Positions 7,844 to 19,108 are shown, counted from the stretch's first letter. The stretch: 59,809 nt of DNA from a virus (IMGVR_UViG_3300020261_000002:1-59809), one strand, 5' to 3'. Numbers and translations are program-made. The notes: generated from the letters alone by a model not told the origin.

Positions 7844-8989
7844 ATGAAGAATAGCAAACCACTTCTTTCAAAGAAGAAGAAAGCTTACCTTGCAGTAACA
7901 CAAAGAGTAAATGAACAACTAAAATCTGAATTTCATATCTCAGATAGTACAGCTCTTGCTATGTATGATAAAGACATTTCTCCTTATGGTTACCATAGTC
8001 ACCAGAACATGTTAATCACAGAAGGATTAGCAAAGTATTTTTTCAACAAACGTGTTACTGAGAAAAACATTACAGATGAAGATGGTAATTTATTAGTAGG
8101 AGAAGGCTTTGGACTACCAGAAACCAATGGTTTATGTCCAAACTTCTATATCACTGATGATCTAGCTAACTCTCTGATAGAAACAGATACACCTAAAGGT
8201 AAATTAGATATCAGTAATGAAGTATTACCTGTAATCAAAGTTATATTTTCTAAAAAGTTTTTTAAATTTTCAAAGATGACCATAACTCAAGTGGATGCTG
8301 GAATAAGAGTCAAAGCATCTGTAAGAGCACCATATGGACCTGATCGTTTTGGAAAAGAAACTCTAGGATCTGACCAGATCAAAGTTACTCATCATGCATA
8401 CATGCCTATGGAATTTTTTATTCCATTAGATGGCAGTGGTCACTGCATGTTATGTGACACAAGAGAATGGTTTAAAAAGCATTTATTACACAGAAATTAT
8501 TTCAAGATAAGATTCTCCACAATGGATGAGGAATATCATCTAAGTCACATTGATTCACATGGCAACATGGATATCAAAGAATTCTTTGGAAGTATGACTC
8601 ATGAGTTTGTAGAAGCAGTTATAGAACAATACATAGAAAATCTACATAAACCCTACCGTTTTGTAGTCAATCTACTTTGTTTAATGACTCAAGAACCAGA
8701 GATTCTTACAGTACAAAACTCTACATCTAAATACACAACAACTAACAGTAAAGGTTTTGATGCTGAAAAGATCAGCAATGTACCTAACGTGCATTGGCTT
8801 GGAGAAAACTTTACAACAAGAGTAGTTAACTCTACTGCTGCTTCAGAAGATACTGAACGCACCAGAGGTAAACCTAAGAAGTCTCACTGGAGACGAGGAC
8901 ACTGGCACACTGTGTTGCAGGGTCCAGGAAGAACACAGAAACAACTCAAATGGTTTAGACCTACATTTATCAGAGGACATGCATCATGA
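7844..8989 (+). CDS. phage protein with C-terminal HWRRGHW motif
   Basis: KSHWRRGHW...W.RP.FI tail typical of a widespread uncharacterised phage family. Confidence 0.75.
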   Translation: MKNSKPLLSKKKKAYLAVTQRVNEQLKSEFHISDSTALAMYDKDISPYGYHSHQNMLITEGLAKYFFNKRVTEKNITDEDGNLLVGEGFGLPETNGLCPNFYITDDLANSLIETDTPKGKLDISNEVLPVIKVIFSKKFFKFSKMTITQVDAGIRVKASVRAPYGPDRFGKETLGSDQIKVTHHAYMPMEFFIPLDGSGHCMLCDTREWFKKHLLHRNYFKIRFSTMDEEYHLSHIDSHGNMDIKEFFGSMTHEFVEAVIEQYIENLHKPYRFVVNLLCLMTQEPEILTVQNSTSKYTTTNSKGFDAEKISNVPNVHWLGENFTTRVVNSTAASEDTERTRGKPKKSHWRRGHWHTVLQGPGRTQKQLKWFRPTFIRGHAS

Positions 8990-9450
8990 CAACTATGTTG
9001 GGACCTACATCTATTGATCATTTTAAAAATCTTCATGATCATTACTTGAAGAAAGAACCTATCGTTCATGCGTATGCAACACCATACCACGATGACCCTG
9101 CTGATAATCCTGCAGCCATGTGGTCTTTTGTCATGCATGAAAAGAGAGACTTGGAGCGTATAGCTTTCAAGACTTACATTCATCCACAAGGTGACTTTTA
9201 TAATGGCTACTATGACATCTGTGACATAGAGAAAGGAACCTTTGACTGTGACAATATGAGGCTAGGAGAAGTGTATCCTGTCATATTATATGCACACCAT
9301 GAAACTATGCTTACTGTTGGCTGTGTAGTAAGGACATCAGATCATCCTGATATAGTCACAGGCGAAGAACAACTTGCTCTCTGGATCTACTATCCAAGTG
9401 CAGAAAACATTGAGTCATTTGACATGGCAAGTGGTCATGTCTATAAGTAG
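8986..9450 (+). CDS. hypothetical protein
   Basis: 154 aa ORF, ATGA overlap. Confidence 0.7.
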   Translation: MTTMLGPTSIDHFKNLHDHYLKKEPIVHAYATPYHDDPADNPAAMWSFVMHEKRDLERIAFKTYIHPQGDFYNGYYDICDIEKGTFDCDNMRLGEVYPVILYAHHETMLTVGCVVRTSDHPDIVTGEEQLALWIYYPSAENIESFDMASGHVYK

Positions 9451-9461
9451 TTAAGAAAAGG

Positions 9462-9540
9462 TAGCAATATTAATTAAAATTATCTATCATAGTTTGTAGA
9501 TGGCTGTACAGAGACTACTTCATGTGGTTTCTCTACAGCC
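9462..9540 (+). promoter_or_regulatory. sigma70-type promoter followed by a 5' hairpin
   Basis: TAGCAA-17-TATCAT (9462-9490); hairpin ggctgta...tacagcc 9502-9540. Confidence 0.5.
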
Positions 9541-11675
9541 TTTCTCAGCTGTGTCCTTTACATTATTATCATGTCAAACTACGACCCTATCACCGGCAAA
9601 GTCGGTAACATCGGACCAAGAACTGTCCAGTCTGTAAACATAGCAACTAACAATGGACCTATTGTTGGAAGAGTATTCAATGCTGCTAACAAACAATCAA
9701 TCAGATTAACCGGTAACAACCTCAGTGCATTGATACAACAATACAGACTAAACAATATAGATATAATTAATTTCTTTAAATAGTTATGTCTACAAAAAAC
9801 ATTACAGTCACTGTGTGTTTTGACGTTGATCTATTTGAATACAATAGATACTTCAAAGTCCGTAAAACAGATGGTGAAGTTATTGCAATTTACGATTTGA
9901 TCTGCACTCAAAGTGACAGATTAAATGAACAAGGTAAACCAGAAAACATTCGTATTTACTTTCCTGAAGAGGAGGAGTCTAAAAATGCTTGACAATCCAC
10001 TACCAGATCAGGTGATGGCTGAGATGGATAAAATAGCACACGCTAGAAACTTTGAAGAAAAGTGTAGAGATGATGCCAAAGAACTATGTGAAGACAACTA
10101 TGTCTTTGATAGTTTGATTGAACACTTTCAAGACTGGTATTTTCTCTATCGTGTAGACCACCCAGAAGATCAACTTGATGGTGACAAAGACCTCATTGAT
10201 TCCTGGTGGGATGAAGAAGGTGATCTTTATGATGACTACATCAGTCCTTATGAAGACTATGATCCTACTCCTAATGGAGATTCACCATACAGTGATGCTG
10301 AATATATTATCACACCAGAAGAACGTAATCGTATGGCTTTCGAAAGTAAAAGAGAGTCACATGGTAGAGGCAATCCTTTTAATTGGTAATTATTATGTCT
10401 GACAAAACTTACAAAACCTACAACGTAGAAGCCAAAGGTACAATCAAACTTTGGATGGATGTTGAAGCTTCATCTCAGGAAGAAGCAGAAGCAATGGCTG
10501 ATCAAGTCAAAGAAAGAATCTATGGAGAGCCAGGTCCCTGGCGACCTCTATATGATGGCTACACTTTAGAAATCACATCTGTTCGACCAGAACCAGATAA
10601 ATCTTGCATGAGACCTTTCATCCCTGGGTTCGATGATTGAACCTAACATGGATCTCCTCGAAGCTATGCGTGTAGAAGCTAATCTCTGCTACGAAAGAGG
10701 AGATGACGAAGATGGTGATGCCCTAGTTAAATCTATCTTCGATCAGATATTTCCTGGACTTGTAGAAGAAGCAAAACGAAATCCTACTTTCATCTATCAA
10801 CTAATCGTTCTCGCAAACACTGAGAAAGATGAGATAAAAGCTACCCATTACAAGTCTATTATCTTGTACTTAAAAGACAACGGAGTTAAATTCTAATGAG
10901 CGTTTCAAACCACTACAGACATGTCAAAGTTCATGAATATGAAACAACACACAGAGACATGCTACGAGCATCTACTGATGAGCTTATCGCCAGAGGTTAT
11001 GCACAAATTCTAGAAGAAGATGAGTTGAAAGTACTAGCTCAGTATCATTACGAAAAGTTCAGAAACTTTATGGCTCCACTATTCAGAGATAAGGATCAAG
11101 ACATAGAAGATGTTGTATCATCTGAGATCACCATACAAATGCCTCCAGTAAACTTACCTGTCAGTAAAAAGTAAGTTAGGATAGAGACAATACAAAAGAA
11201 TAAATGACAGACGCTGATCTATTCAATGATTACTATGACAAACTCTGTTTCATCTATCCTTCCTGGTCTAGTAATCTAATACTTGAAATAGCAGAGTACT
11301 GCTGCACACATTCACAACACACTACCGAATCTGACGAGCTAAAATGGAGAGCCTTGTGCTATCTGAATTCTAAGAAAGAAGAGGAGGCAAGTTATTAATT
11401 TATCTGTGAGGTTTTTATGGTCAAGAAACTTGGTAAGCGATACCGGCAAACCAAGCAAGCAATTTATACAGCATATGACATTATTTCTCTGATAGTTATC
11501 TTACTCAGCTTTGATAAACTACTTACTTCCAAGTCAAGATCTGTTGAACCCAGACAGGTTGCCAGACTAATCGAGAAGCTTCCAAAGATTAAGAAGATTC
11601 TGTATGATTCAGCACCCTGGTGGGCATTCGACGACATGGATGTGAAGTCTAAATAAAACTTTACAATCTAAACTA

Positions 11676-11743
11676 TTTACATTTTCCAATGAGTGGTTAG
11701 TATACCTGAGCACTCATAAATATTGTGCGTATTTATTACTACA
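11676..11743 (+). promoter_or_regulatory. sigma70-type promoter with downstream NtcA-like box
   Basis: TTTACA-16-TAGTAT (11676-11703); GTA-N8-TAC at 11729-11742. Confidence 0.4.
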
Positions 11744-12273
11744 TAGGTCATGTATCTATACAGATTTATGTATTCCATAATGAATTACCGCATGAGGAAA
11801 TAAAGTAAAATGATTGAAAGCTCAAACACATATCCAGATCTAGTTTGGACAGTAAATGCACTCCGTTCTGACGGAAAGACAGAAGTAATTCGTGTATGTA
11901 AAAATTGTTGTGATGCTGACGAAGCGATACAAAATGAACCAAACAAATACTATAAGTCAGGACCAATCCCTCTTTCTTAATGAATCATTCTGTAATCGAT
12001 TACATGATCTTCGTCTACTCGACTGTAGAAAAGAAAGAGGCAACATATGTGCCACGCTTTTCTACTATCGATGAAGCAAGCAATTTCGCAAACTTATTAA
12101 GAGCTACACTTCCCAGACATGGCTTTGTCATCAGTGAGCCTTATCCTATTGTCAGCGATTCCTTAGAAAAGGAATTCAAAGAACGATGTGATACTCCTGC
12201 CGATATATTAGGCAGACTAGACGAGCTATGATAAAACTATTGTGTTAACTTAAGAACAGAATACATTTTTTCT

Positions 12274-12537
12274 GTGGCAAAAGTTATCAGTGTAAGCGTA
12301 CCAGATGAGTTGTACGCTCGTTGGGAAGAATCAGATTTAGATATTAGTCCTTCTTCTCTATTCCAAACAGCTTTGGAAACTCAGCTAGGTGCAAAGAATC
12401 AACTAGTAATGTACTGGAGTGATCGTGCTCTTGACACTGAAAAGAAATTAAACACAATCAAAAAGATCCTTGAACAGGACAGTAAAACAATCAAACGATT
12501 CCAATTGTTTGAGAAAGCTATCACCCAAGATCCATGA
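12274..12537 (+). CDS. ribbon-helix-helix DNA-binding protein (CcdA/antitoxin-like)
   Basis: VISVSVPDELYARW...ISPSSLFQTALE strand-helix-helix pattern followed by a coiled coil. Confidence 0.5.
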   Translation: MAKVISVSVPDELYARWEESDLDISPSSLFQTALETQLGAKNQLVMYWSDRALDTEKKLNTIKKILEQDSKTIKRFQLFEKAITQDP

Positions 12538-13672
12538 GCTGCAACAGTGAACCTGTTAACTATGTGTTTAACAATGATTTCGTGTTTAATAATTACAGAG
12601 AACTCTGTGCCATGTTGAAAGAATTGAAGGAACAAAATCTTGTCAGATATGATATGTCTCTTACTGAATTTTCAGAAGAATGTTTTAGCTTGGGGTTGAA
12701 CGAATACCGAAAGAAGTTATATTACTACAGTACTGATTTTCGCTAACTAATTTAATTACCATGAGTCAAAACGACCAAGTACCTGCTGGTACAGAAAATT
12801 ATCCTGTCAACAATTACATCCCTAAATCAAATCCAAATAGTAGACCAAAGAAGTTTACTAAGTATGCCTACGTCATAAAGAACCAGGTGGTATGGGACAG
12901 GATGCGTAAAAAGTATGTGGTTCTGGAAGGCAAAGGTCAACCAGAAACACAACCAATACCATTGCTTCATAAGGATAATCGAAAAGCTTATGAAGATGCA
13001 TGTGATGTTTGTGGCTGGAATTTTAAAAATAAGGAAGCCAGAACATTGTATGTGACTGATGGTACTTACATTAGTCCAACTGCAATTAAACGAATGAGGG
13101 AACTACCATGACCGATTGGTTAGAACAAAGTCTTATCGACATAGGACTAGGCTATAAAGAATCCTATGACAGTTATGTATCATATGGTTTGACAGCTAGA
13201 TCTTATACCAAACAGAAATACAGAAAGAAGTATTACTCTTGGCTACAAGTTGGAAAAGAATTAAAGGGAGGAGTCTTTGAAGAAGGCTCCTTTTCTACAT
13301 GGCCAAAGCGTTTGTTAAAAAGTAAAACAAACCAAAAGAATCAAGCAGAAAAAGAAGCAATGAAACATTTTTCTGTTTATCACATCAATAAATACAGGAC
13401 TCTTTGCACAGAACAAGAAGAGATACCTGTTAAACACAGACAAAAAAAGAGCCAGGCTACCACCCCTGACTCTTAGTTGTGTACCACTGTACTGTCCTTT
13501 GCACATGGAAACTAACTCATTATCAACTTCTCCTCATCCAAAAGAAGCTATTAGTTCCTTATAAATAGTAGTATCAAAATACTCTTTTTGTAAAGTTTGT
13601 GTATTTCAACAAATAAGTTGAAACCTCCACCATACTTGGTAGTCTTTCCCTTAGATCTATCTTCCAAACACT

Positions 13673-13942
13673 ATGGGTAGTGCTTTAAAGCGTGAGTTTA
13701 AAGTTGGTGATGAAGTTTGCCACACAAATAAGTTCAGTACTGGAAACAATTTCCAAAGAAGAAGACAGGGTGTAGTTCTCGCACTTGAGAAACGCCCTGT
13801 CAAAGGTGGTAAATTAAGGAGCTACGTTAAGGTTCTATGGAACACTAGTAGCGTACCTTGTTATCATGCATCCCATGCTCTTTTATTATTAAAAGAAAGA
13901 GAAGATGCAATAGAAGAAGCGAGTAAGTTAATTGCTAACTAG
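13673..13942 (+). CDS. SH3/KOW-like small protein
   Basis: FKVGDEV...GVV...YVKVLW pattern. Confidence 0.5.
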   Translation: MGSALKREFKVGDEVCHTNKFSTGNNFQRRRQGVVLALEKRPVKGGKLRSYVKVLWNTSSVPCYHASHALLLLKEREDAIEEASKLIAN

Positions 13943-14085
13943 CTTGCGACTTTCTGTGGATGATACTCTTGTGATCTGTAACTTAGTTTTACATCACTAT
14001 CATCTATGTTTCTTGACCATGTAGCTACTGCTTCCTTATTCTTGGCAGGATCATAACTGCAGCCTCTGTAAGTTAATCTTGTCAT
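13939..14085 (-). CDS. DUF4278-like small cyanobacterial protein (48 aa)
   Basis: Own translation MTRLTYRGCSYDPAKNK...KLSYRSQEYHP; LTYRG motif plus degenerate second copy; AAGGAG SD. Confidence 0.75.
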   Translation of the reverse strand: MTRLTYRGCSYDPAKNKEAVATWSRNIDDSDVKLSYRSQEYHPQKVAS

Positions 14086-14136
14086 AATACTCCTTTCGTA
14101 TCTCTTACTACAAAATAGTAGGAGATTTTTTTATTT

Positions 14137-14177
14137 AATGTAGTTTACCGTGATACAAAAGTGTATTAATTACTACA
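14137..14177 (-). promoter_or_regulatory. NtcA-type box and -10 element upstream of the DUF4278-like gene
   Basis: TGTA-N8-TACA at 14162-14177; -10 TACATT at 14142-14137. Confidence 0.5.
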
Positions 14178-14202
14178 ATTTAATCTTTGCTTAATCATTC
14201 CT

Positions 14203-15768
14203 ATGAAGTATCCAACCTACAAAAAGATCTGTGATAAACACAAGATCAATCCTCATCAGGTTATTGCTGATGGGAACATCCGAGAAATCTTAGAGCGTGA
14301 TAAAGATCATGATCTTGAATTTCATGAGATTTTATTAGACAATTACTTCACAGTTTATTACTGGGAAGGTAAAGTTGCAGACATTTAATTATGAAACTAT
14401 CTGATAAACAAAAGGAACTATTAATTGATTTAATTGATGGTTATTTTTATCCAAGAGATTTAATTAATGACTATGAAAAATTCTTAGAAATAAGAAAAGT
14501 TCTAGAACCTCATGATCGTTGGATAGATAACTTTCAACATGAATACTATGAACATCCTGATTTAAATTATGGAACTAACTAAAGAAGAAATGGAATTAGT
14601 AATTAGTTGGCTTGAAGACCATTACTATTATCCAGATAAAGATCATGTCTACACAGATATGAAAAAACTACCAGGGGTAGTAGCCAAATTTCAAACCTAT
14701 CTCAAAGGAGGAGAAACTAATGACTGAATTAACTAAAGAACAACAACAAAAATCCCTAAAATGGGATGCTGATGTTGTCATGGAACAAATCCAAATGCAA
14801 GAGAGTAGCCACAGAAGAATGATAGCGTTAGTTGAGTATCAACTTGCATATCCTGACATGACTATTAGAGAGTTCTTTGCTATGGCAAGCGAAGAAATAG
14901 AAGAAGAAGATGATGATGAAGATGAAGATGAAGAGGAGGACTTCTAATGCGTAACGATCCAATGAGTAACTACATCAACATAACAGTTATGTGGGATGAA
15001 ATACTTGCTTTTAGTGATTTCATGTACAAGATGGAAGAACTAAATTTAGTTCCATCAAGTGTTGGACTAGCAAGAAAAGAAGGTGTACAGGAAGCTGAAG
15101 GTTACGAACCAAAGCATTTTAAAACTAAAGAAGAATACAATGAACACTTACAGGAGTTCATTTGTAAAATTAGACACTTTGACACTTATTTCGAGGAGGA
15201 AAACTAATGGAAGAAGAATACAAAGAGTTTAATTTAGTAGTCAACCATAGGGCTGTTGTACTTATTGATGCTGACACTGAAGAGGAAGCTATCCAGAAAT
15301 GGAATGATTCTCACGCACATCAATATGACCTTGAATACTCTGGTGAAAAACCAAAGTTTACAGGAGAAATCTGGGAGCATGATGGCTAATGGCTGATTAC
15401 CAATTTACTGTTACACAAACTGGAATCATTTGTGTTGATGCTAACTCTGAAGAGGAAGCTAGAGAAAAATTAAAGAATGACATAGATGGTTTCTATGTTA
15501 TTACTGAATACGACCAAGTACCAGCAGATGATAGCTGGGAAGTTGGTGAAATCTATGACATTATCCAGGAGAAAAACTAATGAACATTTCATTTAATCAA
15601 AAAGAATATCGAGAACTAATCGAATTAATTTATTGGGCGGTTCTTAGAGAGAATATTAATTACAATGATGATTTTAAAAGTATGTGCAATGCTGTGAGAA
15701 CAGCAGATGGTTCACCTTTAGAAGAATGGGATCCACTATTCTCTGAAGATTTTACGGAGGATGACTAA
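14203..15768 (+). other. array of translationally coupled small acidic CDSs (14203, 14391, 14569, 14720, 14947, 15207, 15389, 15580)
   Basis: Strong GGAGG SDs and TAATG overlaps. Confidence 0.75.
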
Positions 15769-16232
15769 TGGGAAAAGCAACAGGACAAATGCAAGAACAT
15801 ACACAGAAACTTCTTGATCATTACAATGAACTTTACAACTGGGATTACAACGAAATGTGTCGTTTCATTAGTAATCATTCAGAGGAGGAGTTTCAAGCCC
15901 ACTACACAAAGTATCAACAACTTTGCGATGACTATAGTACAGAGTTAGTTGATAACTTCGGATTACATTTTGACCTTGATGCATCTTGTTATGAGAAGTT
16001 TGAGGATATGTATGAAGGAGAATATGGACACTCAACGGATTTCGCAGAGCATTGGGTTACTCAAGAAAATGAATCAACAAAGAATCTACCAGGCTGGTTA
16101 GAGATTGACTATGCAGAAGTGTGGGAGAACAAACTTTCAAAAGATTACTTTGAAATTGATTGTGATGCGAGTGATTACACTTATGGTCACATATTTAAAA
16201 ACAAAACTTACCTTAATGGAGGAAAAAACTAA
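15768..16232 (+). CDS. ArdA-like anti-restriction (DNA mimic) protein
   Basis: Very acidic; YEGEY...DFAE...IDYAEVW...DYF resembles the ArdA C-terminal region. Confidence 0.55.
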   Translation: MGKATGQMQEHTQKLLDHYNELYNWDYNEMCRFISNHSEEEFQAHYTKYQQLCDDYSTELVDNFGLHFDLDASCYEKFEDMYEGEYGHSTDFAEHWVTQENESTKNLPGWLEIDYAEVWENKLSKDYFEIDCDASDYTYGHIFKNKTYLNGGKN

Positions 16233-16783
16233 TGGGCTTAGACATGTACTTAGAAGGTTCTTTCTCAAGAAGAGCCTATGTTCAACCAACTGATCAAGAT
16301 TATATTGACATGCGTGAAGGCAAAGAAGTTACAGTTGAAAGATCACAAGCATTAATAGATGCTCTTGAAGCTACTGGACTTCAAAATGCTCCAATAGAAC
16401 ATTATCGGAATCATTTAACTTATGTTTTTCCTATCATCACCTGGAGAAAAGCTAACCAGATACACAAATGGTTTGTTGATAACTGCCAGGAAGGTGATGA
16501 CAACTGCCAACGTCATTATGTTTCAAAAGAAAAATTAGTAGAATTGTCTGAAACTATCAATACAATTCTCAATTGTAGTGATCCATTAAATCGTGAGCAA
16601 GTTGCTAAAGAGTTGCTGCCTACAGATATTGAAGGTTGCTTCTTTGGTTCAGAAGAATATGACGACTATTACTTTGAAGATCTTGAAGAAACTAAAAAAG
16701 TTCTTGATAAGTTATTTGCTTATGAAGAAACTGCAGAAGATGGTCACCACTTCGATAACTTTTATTATCAATCATCCTGGTAA
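16232..16783 (+). CDS. conserved phage protein (MGLDMYL...WRKANQIHKWF...YYQSSW family)
   Basis: Recognisable widespread phage family of unknown function. Confidence 0.75.
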   Translation: MGLDMYLEGSFSRRAYVQPTDQDYIDMREGKEVTVERSQALIDALEATGLQNAPIEHYRNHLTYVFPIITWRKANQIHKWFVDNCQEGDDNCQRHYVSKEKLVELSETINTILNCSDPLNREQVAKELLPTDIEGCFFGSEEYDDYYFEDLEETKKVLDKLFAYEETAEDGHHFDNFYYQSSW

Positions 16784-16998
16784 AAATTATGAGTCACCCT
16801 GTTAACGATGAGATTCTTGAAAGACTTTATGAAGAAGCCTATGACGAATTATCTAAATCACACTCAGATTTTTCTGATGACACTTTAAAAGATATGGCTA
16901 CTCGTATGGCTCAAATTAAATTTGAAGAACTACCTGAACCTCTCGACCTAGAGTAAGTCATTAAACTATTCTTTTGCACATCTACCTGGAGAAATCTA

Positions 16999-17499
16999 AT
17001 GCCTAATCATTGCTTTAATAGAGTAGAATTCTACTCAAATGATAAAGAAGAAGAGATCAAAAAACTTCATGACATCTTTTCTATAGATGTAGAAGCTGAA
17101 GATGAAGAAAGAACAATCTTTGGTCAATTTATACCAGAACCAGACTGGTCTACTACACCTCTAGCTGAGGAAGATGTTAGCTACTGGCTCCATGATAAAC
17201 GAGGTGAAGTTAATGAACTACCTGTACCTGGAACACATAACCGAGGACCTCATTTTAAATCTACAGGTCATGGTGATGACAGGTGGTATGACTGGAGACT
17301 TAGACATTGGGATACCAAATGGGATTGCTATGATTTAGGAATGTCTGATCATGATCTTCCACATGGTTTCGAAGTACAATTCAATACTGCATGGGCTCCA
17401 CCTCAAGGAATCTGTGCAGCTATAAGAGAACAGTATCCTGACATAGATGTCCAATGGTTCTACGATGAACCAGGTGAAGAAATTGCTGGTTATCTATAG
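16999..17499 (+). CDS. DUF1281/YubB-like ferredoxin-fold protein
   Basis: MPNHCFN...WYDWRLRHWDTKWD...FNTAWAPP motifs. Confidence 0.7.
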   Translation: MPNHCFNRVEFYSNDKEEEIKKLHDIFSIDVEAEDEERTIFGQFIPEPDWSTTPLAEEDVSYWLHDKRGEVNELPVPGTHNRGPHFKSTGHGDDRWYDWRLRHWDTKWDCYDLGMSDHDLPHGFEVQFNTAWAPPQGICAAIREQYPDIDVQWFYDEPGEEIAGYL

Positions 17500-17699
17500 A
17501 CCAAGAGTAAAATGATTACATATCGAAGTATATGTAATGGGTAAGAAATTAGTAAGAGCGAAAAAGTTATATTATTTAATTCTTGATGATGAATCTAAAT
17601 ATTGTTTATTAAAGTTAGATATAGCTTCTAAAGACTATGTAGAACTTGATCATGACTTAGATCTCTTTGCACTTAGCAGACTTTTATTTCAACAGGACA

Positions 17700-18638
17700 A
17701 TGACAGCTACCACAAAATCCCAAACAAAAAAGAGTAAGCTCGACAGACTACCAGAAGATATGCAAAATCTTCTGTGTGATGGCATCTCAAAAGCCATGCA
17801 AAACTGGGGAGGATTTCTGAAGATGTCTCAGAAATTTACTACTTACAGTTTCAACAACACCATGTTGATCTGGATGCAACAACTACAACGTGAGTTAGAA
17901 CCCAGCTCACAGGTTGCAGGTTACAAATCTTGGCAAACTAAATTTAAACGTCAAGTCAAAAAGGGTGCCAAGTGTTACAGAATACTTGCACCTAGACCCA
18001 TAAATAAGATGGGTGAAGATGGTAAACCTATCCTCAATAAAGATGGTAAACCAATGATCAACTTCATGATGTTCGTCGGTGTAAAAGTATTTGACTATCG
18101 TGATACAGAAGGTGAACCATTACCAGAAAAACCAGATACATCACACGTTATGAAAAACTTAGAAGGAGATGCAATGCCTGGACTTCTACAGGGTCTGTGC
18201 AAGGTTGCAGAGGCTCGTAAAGTGAAGTTACTTCGCAATGTATCTGAAGCAGAAATGGATGGTGCTCATGGCCGTTGTTGGTTCACTGGAGAGAATGGTA
18301 AAGCAAGTAAGATCGAACTCAAAGAAGGTCTTAGTATTCTCTCTGAGATACATACCCTTGCACATGAACTTGGTCATGCAATACTCCACAATCGTGATGA
18401 GTATCTAGAGCATGACACATCATCCATCAAAGAGTTGGAAGCAGAGTCAGTTGCTATGCTAGTCTGCAACTCTTATGACATCGATACATGTAAATGTAGT
18501 TTCGATTACATCATTGGTCACAACACCAGGAACAAAGATGTTCAGGAAAGTATGCTGACTGCTGGTGATCGTATCTACAAAGCTCACAAAGAAATTACAG
18601 CTATCGTTGATGAACATCTCAAGGAGGTATCCAAATGA
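17700..18638 (+). CDS. ArdC-like ssDNA-binding domain fused to a zincin metallopeptidase-like domain
   Basis: YSFNNTMLIWMQ, VAGYKSW, RQVKKG, VFD..DTEG; C-terminal HELGH...ELEAESVA. Confidence 0.8.
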   Translation: MTATTKSQTKKSKLDRLPEDMQNLLCDGISKAMQNWGGFLKMSQKFTTYSFNNTMLIWMQQLQRELEPSSQVAGYKSWQTKFKRQVKKGAKCYRILAPRPINKMGEDGKPILNKDGKPMINFMMFVGVKVFDYRDTEGEPLPEKPDTSHVMKNLEGDAMPGLLQGLCKVAEARKVKLLRNVSEAEMDGAHGRCWFTGENGKASKIELKEGLSILSEIHTLAHELGHAILHNRDEYLEHDTSSIKELEAESVAMLVCNSYDIDTCKCSFDYIIGHNTRNKDVQESMLTAGDRIYKAHKEITAIVDEHLKEVSK

Positions 18639-19108
18639 AAATAGAAGATCTAACTTATCAGGATATTCGTAAAGCATCATCTAATTATCTAAGATCACTT
18701 TTAAAAGAAGACATTGATGTTGAATTGCACGATATGATAACAAAAGAATTATTTGAAGTCAGAGAGCAAAGGAGATCTATTACATAATGACTGAAGAAAA
18801 TGATTCCTTACATGATAATCAAAGATGGAATTATCTTTGGAACAATCCTGACTTAAATAAACGTGAAGCTTTTAGACTATGGAATACCAATCCAAGTTCT
18901 TTAACAGAACAACAACGATTATTAGTTAAAGAATTATTCAAATGAATATAAAAGATCAACTAACTCCTGAAGAATATAAACGTGTTATACATGTGCTCAC
19001 TCCTTTTACGTTAGGAAGAAGAGTTGATGATCAACATCATTTCAGGACAATAAGGGCTAAACTGAAGAGACAGTTAGCAGCTCTTGAAAACAATGGTTGG
19101 TATTCAAA

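Larger units (their letters stand above)
9571..13476 (+). other. array of small hypothetical early CDSs (9571, 9786, 9985, 10395, 10633, 10896, 11204, 11417, 11809, 11980, 12274, 12534, 12761, 13108)
   Basis: Co-oriented, often overlapping 55-135 aa ORFs; many acidic. Confidence 0.7.

Noticed and set aside
11863-11890. CGTTC...ACGGAA...GAAGTA resemblance to a glutamine riboswitch
   Set aside because: The required stems are missing and it lies inside a plausible 56-aa ORF starting at 11809
14900-14945. GAA/GAT microsatellite-like tract
   Set aside because: It simply encodes the acidic C-terminal tail
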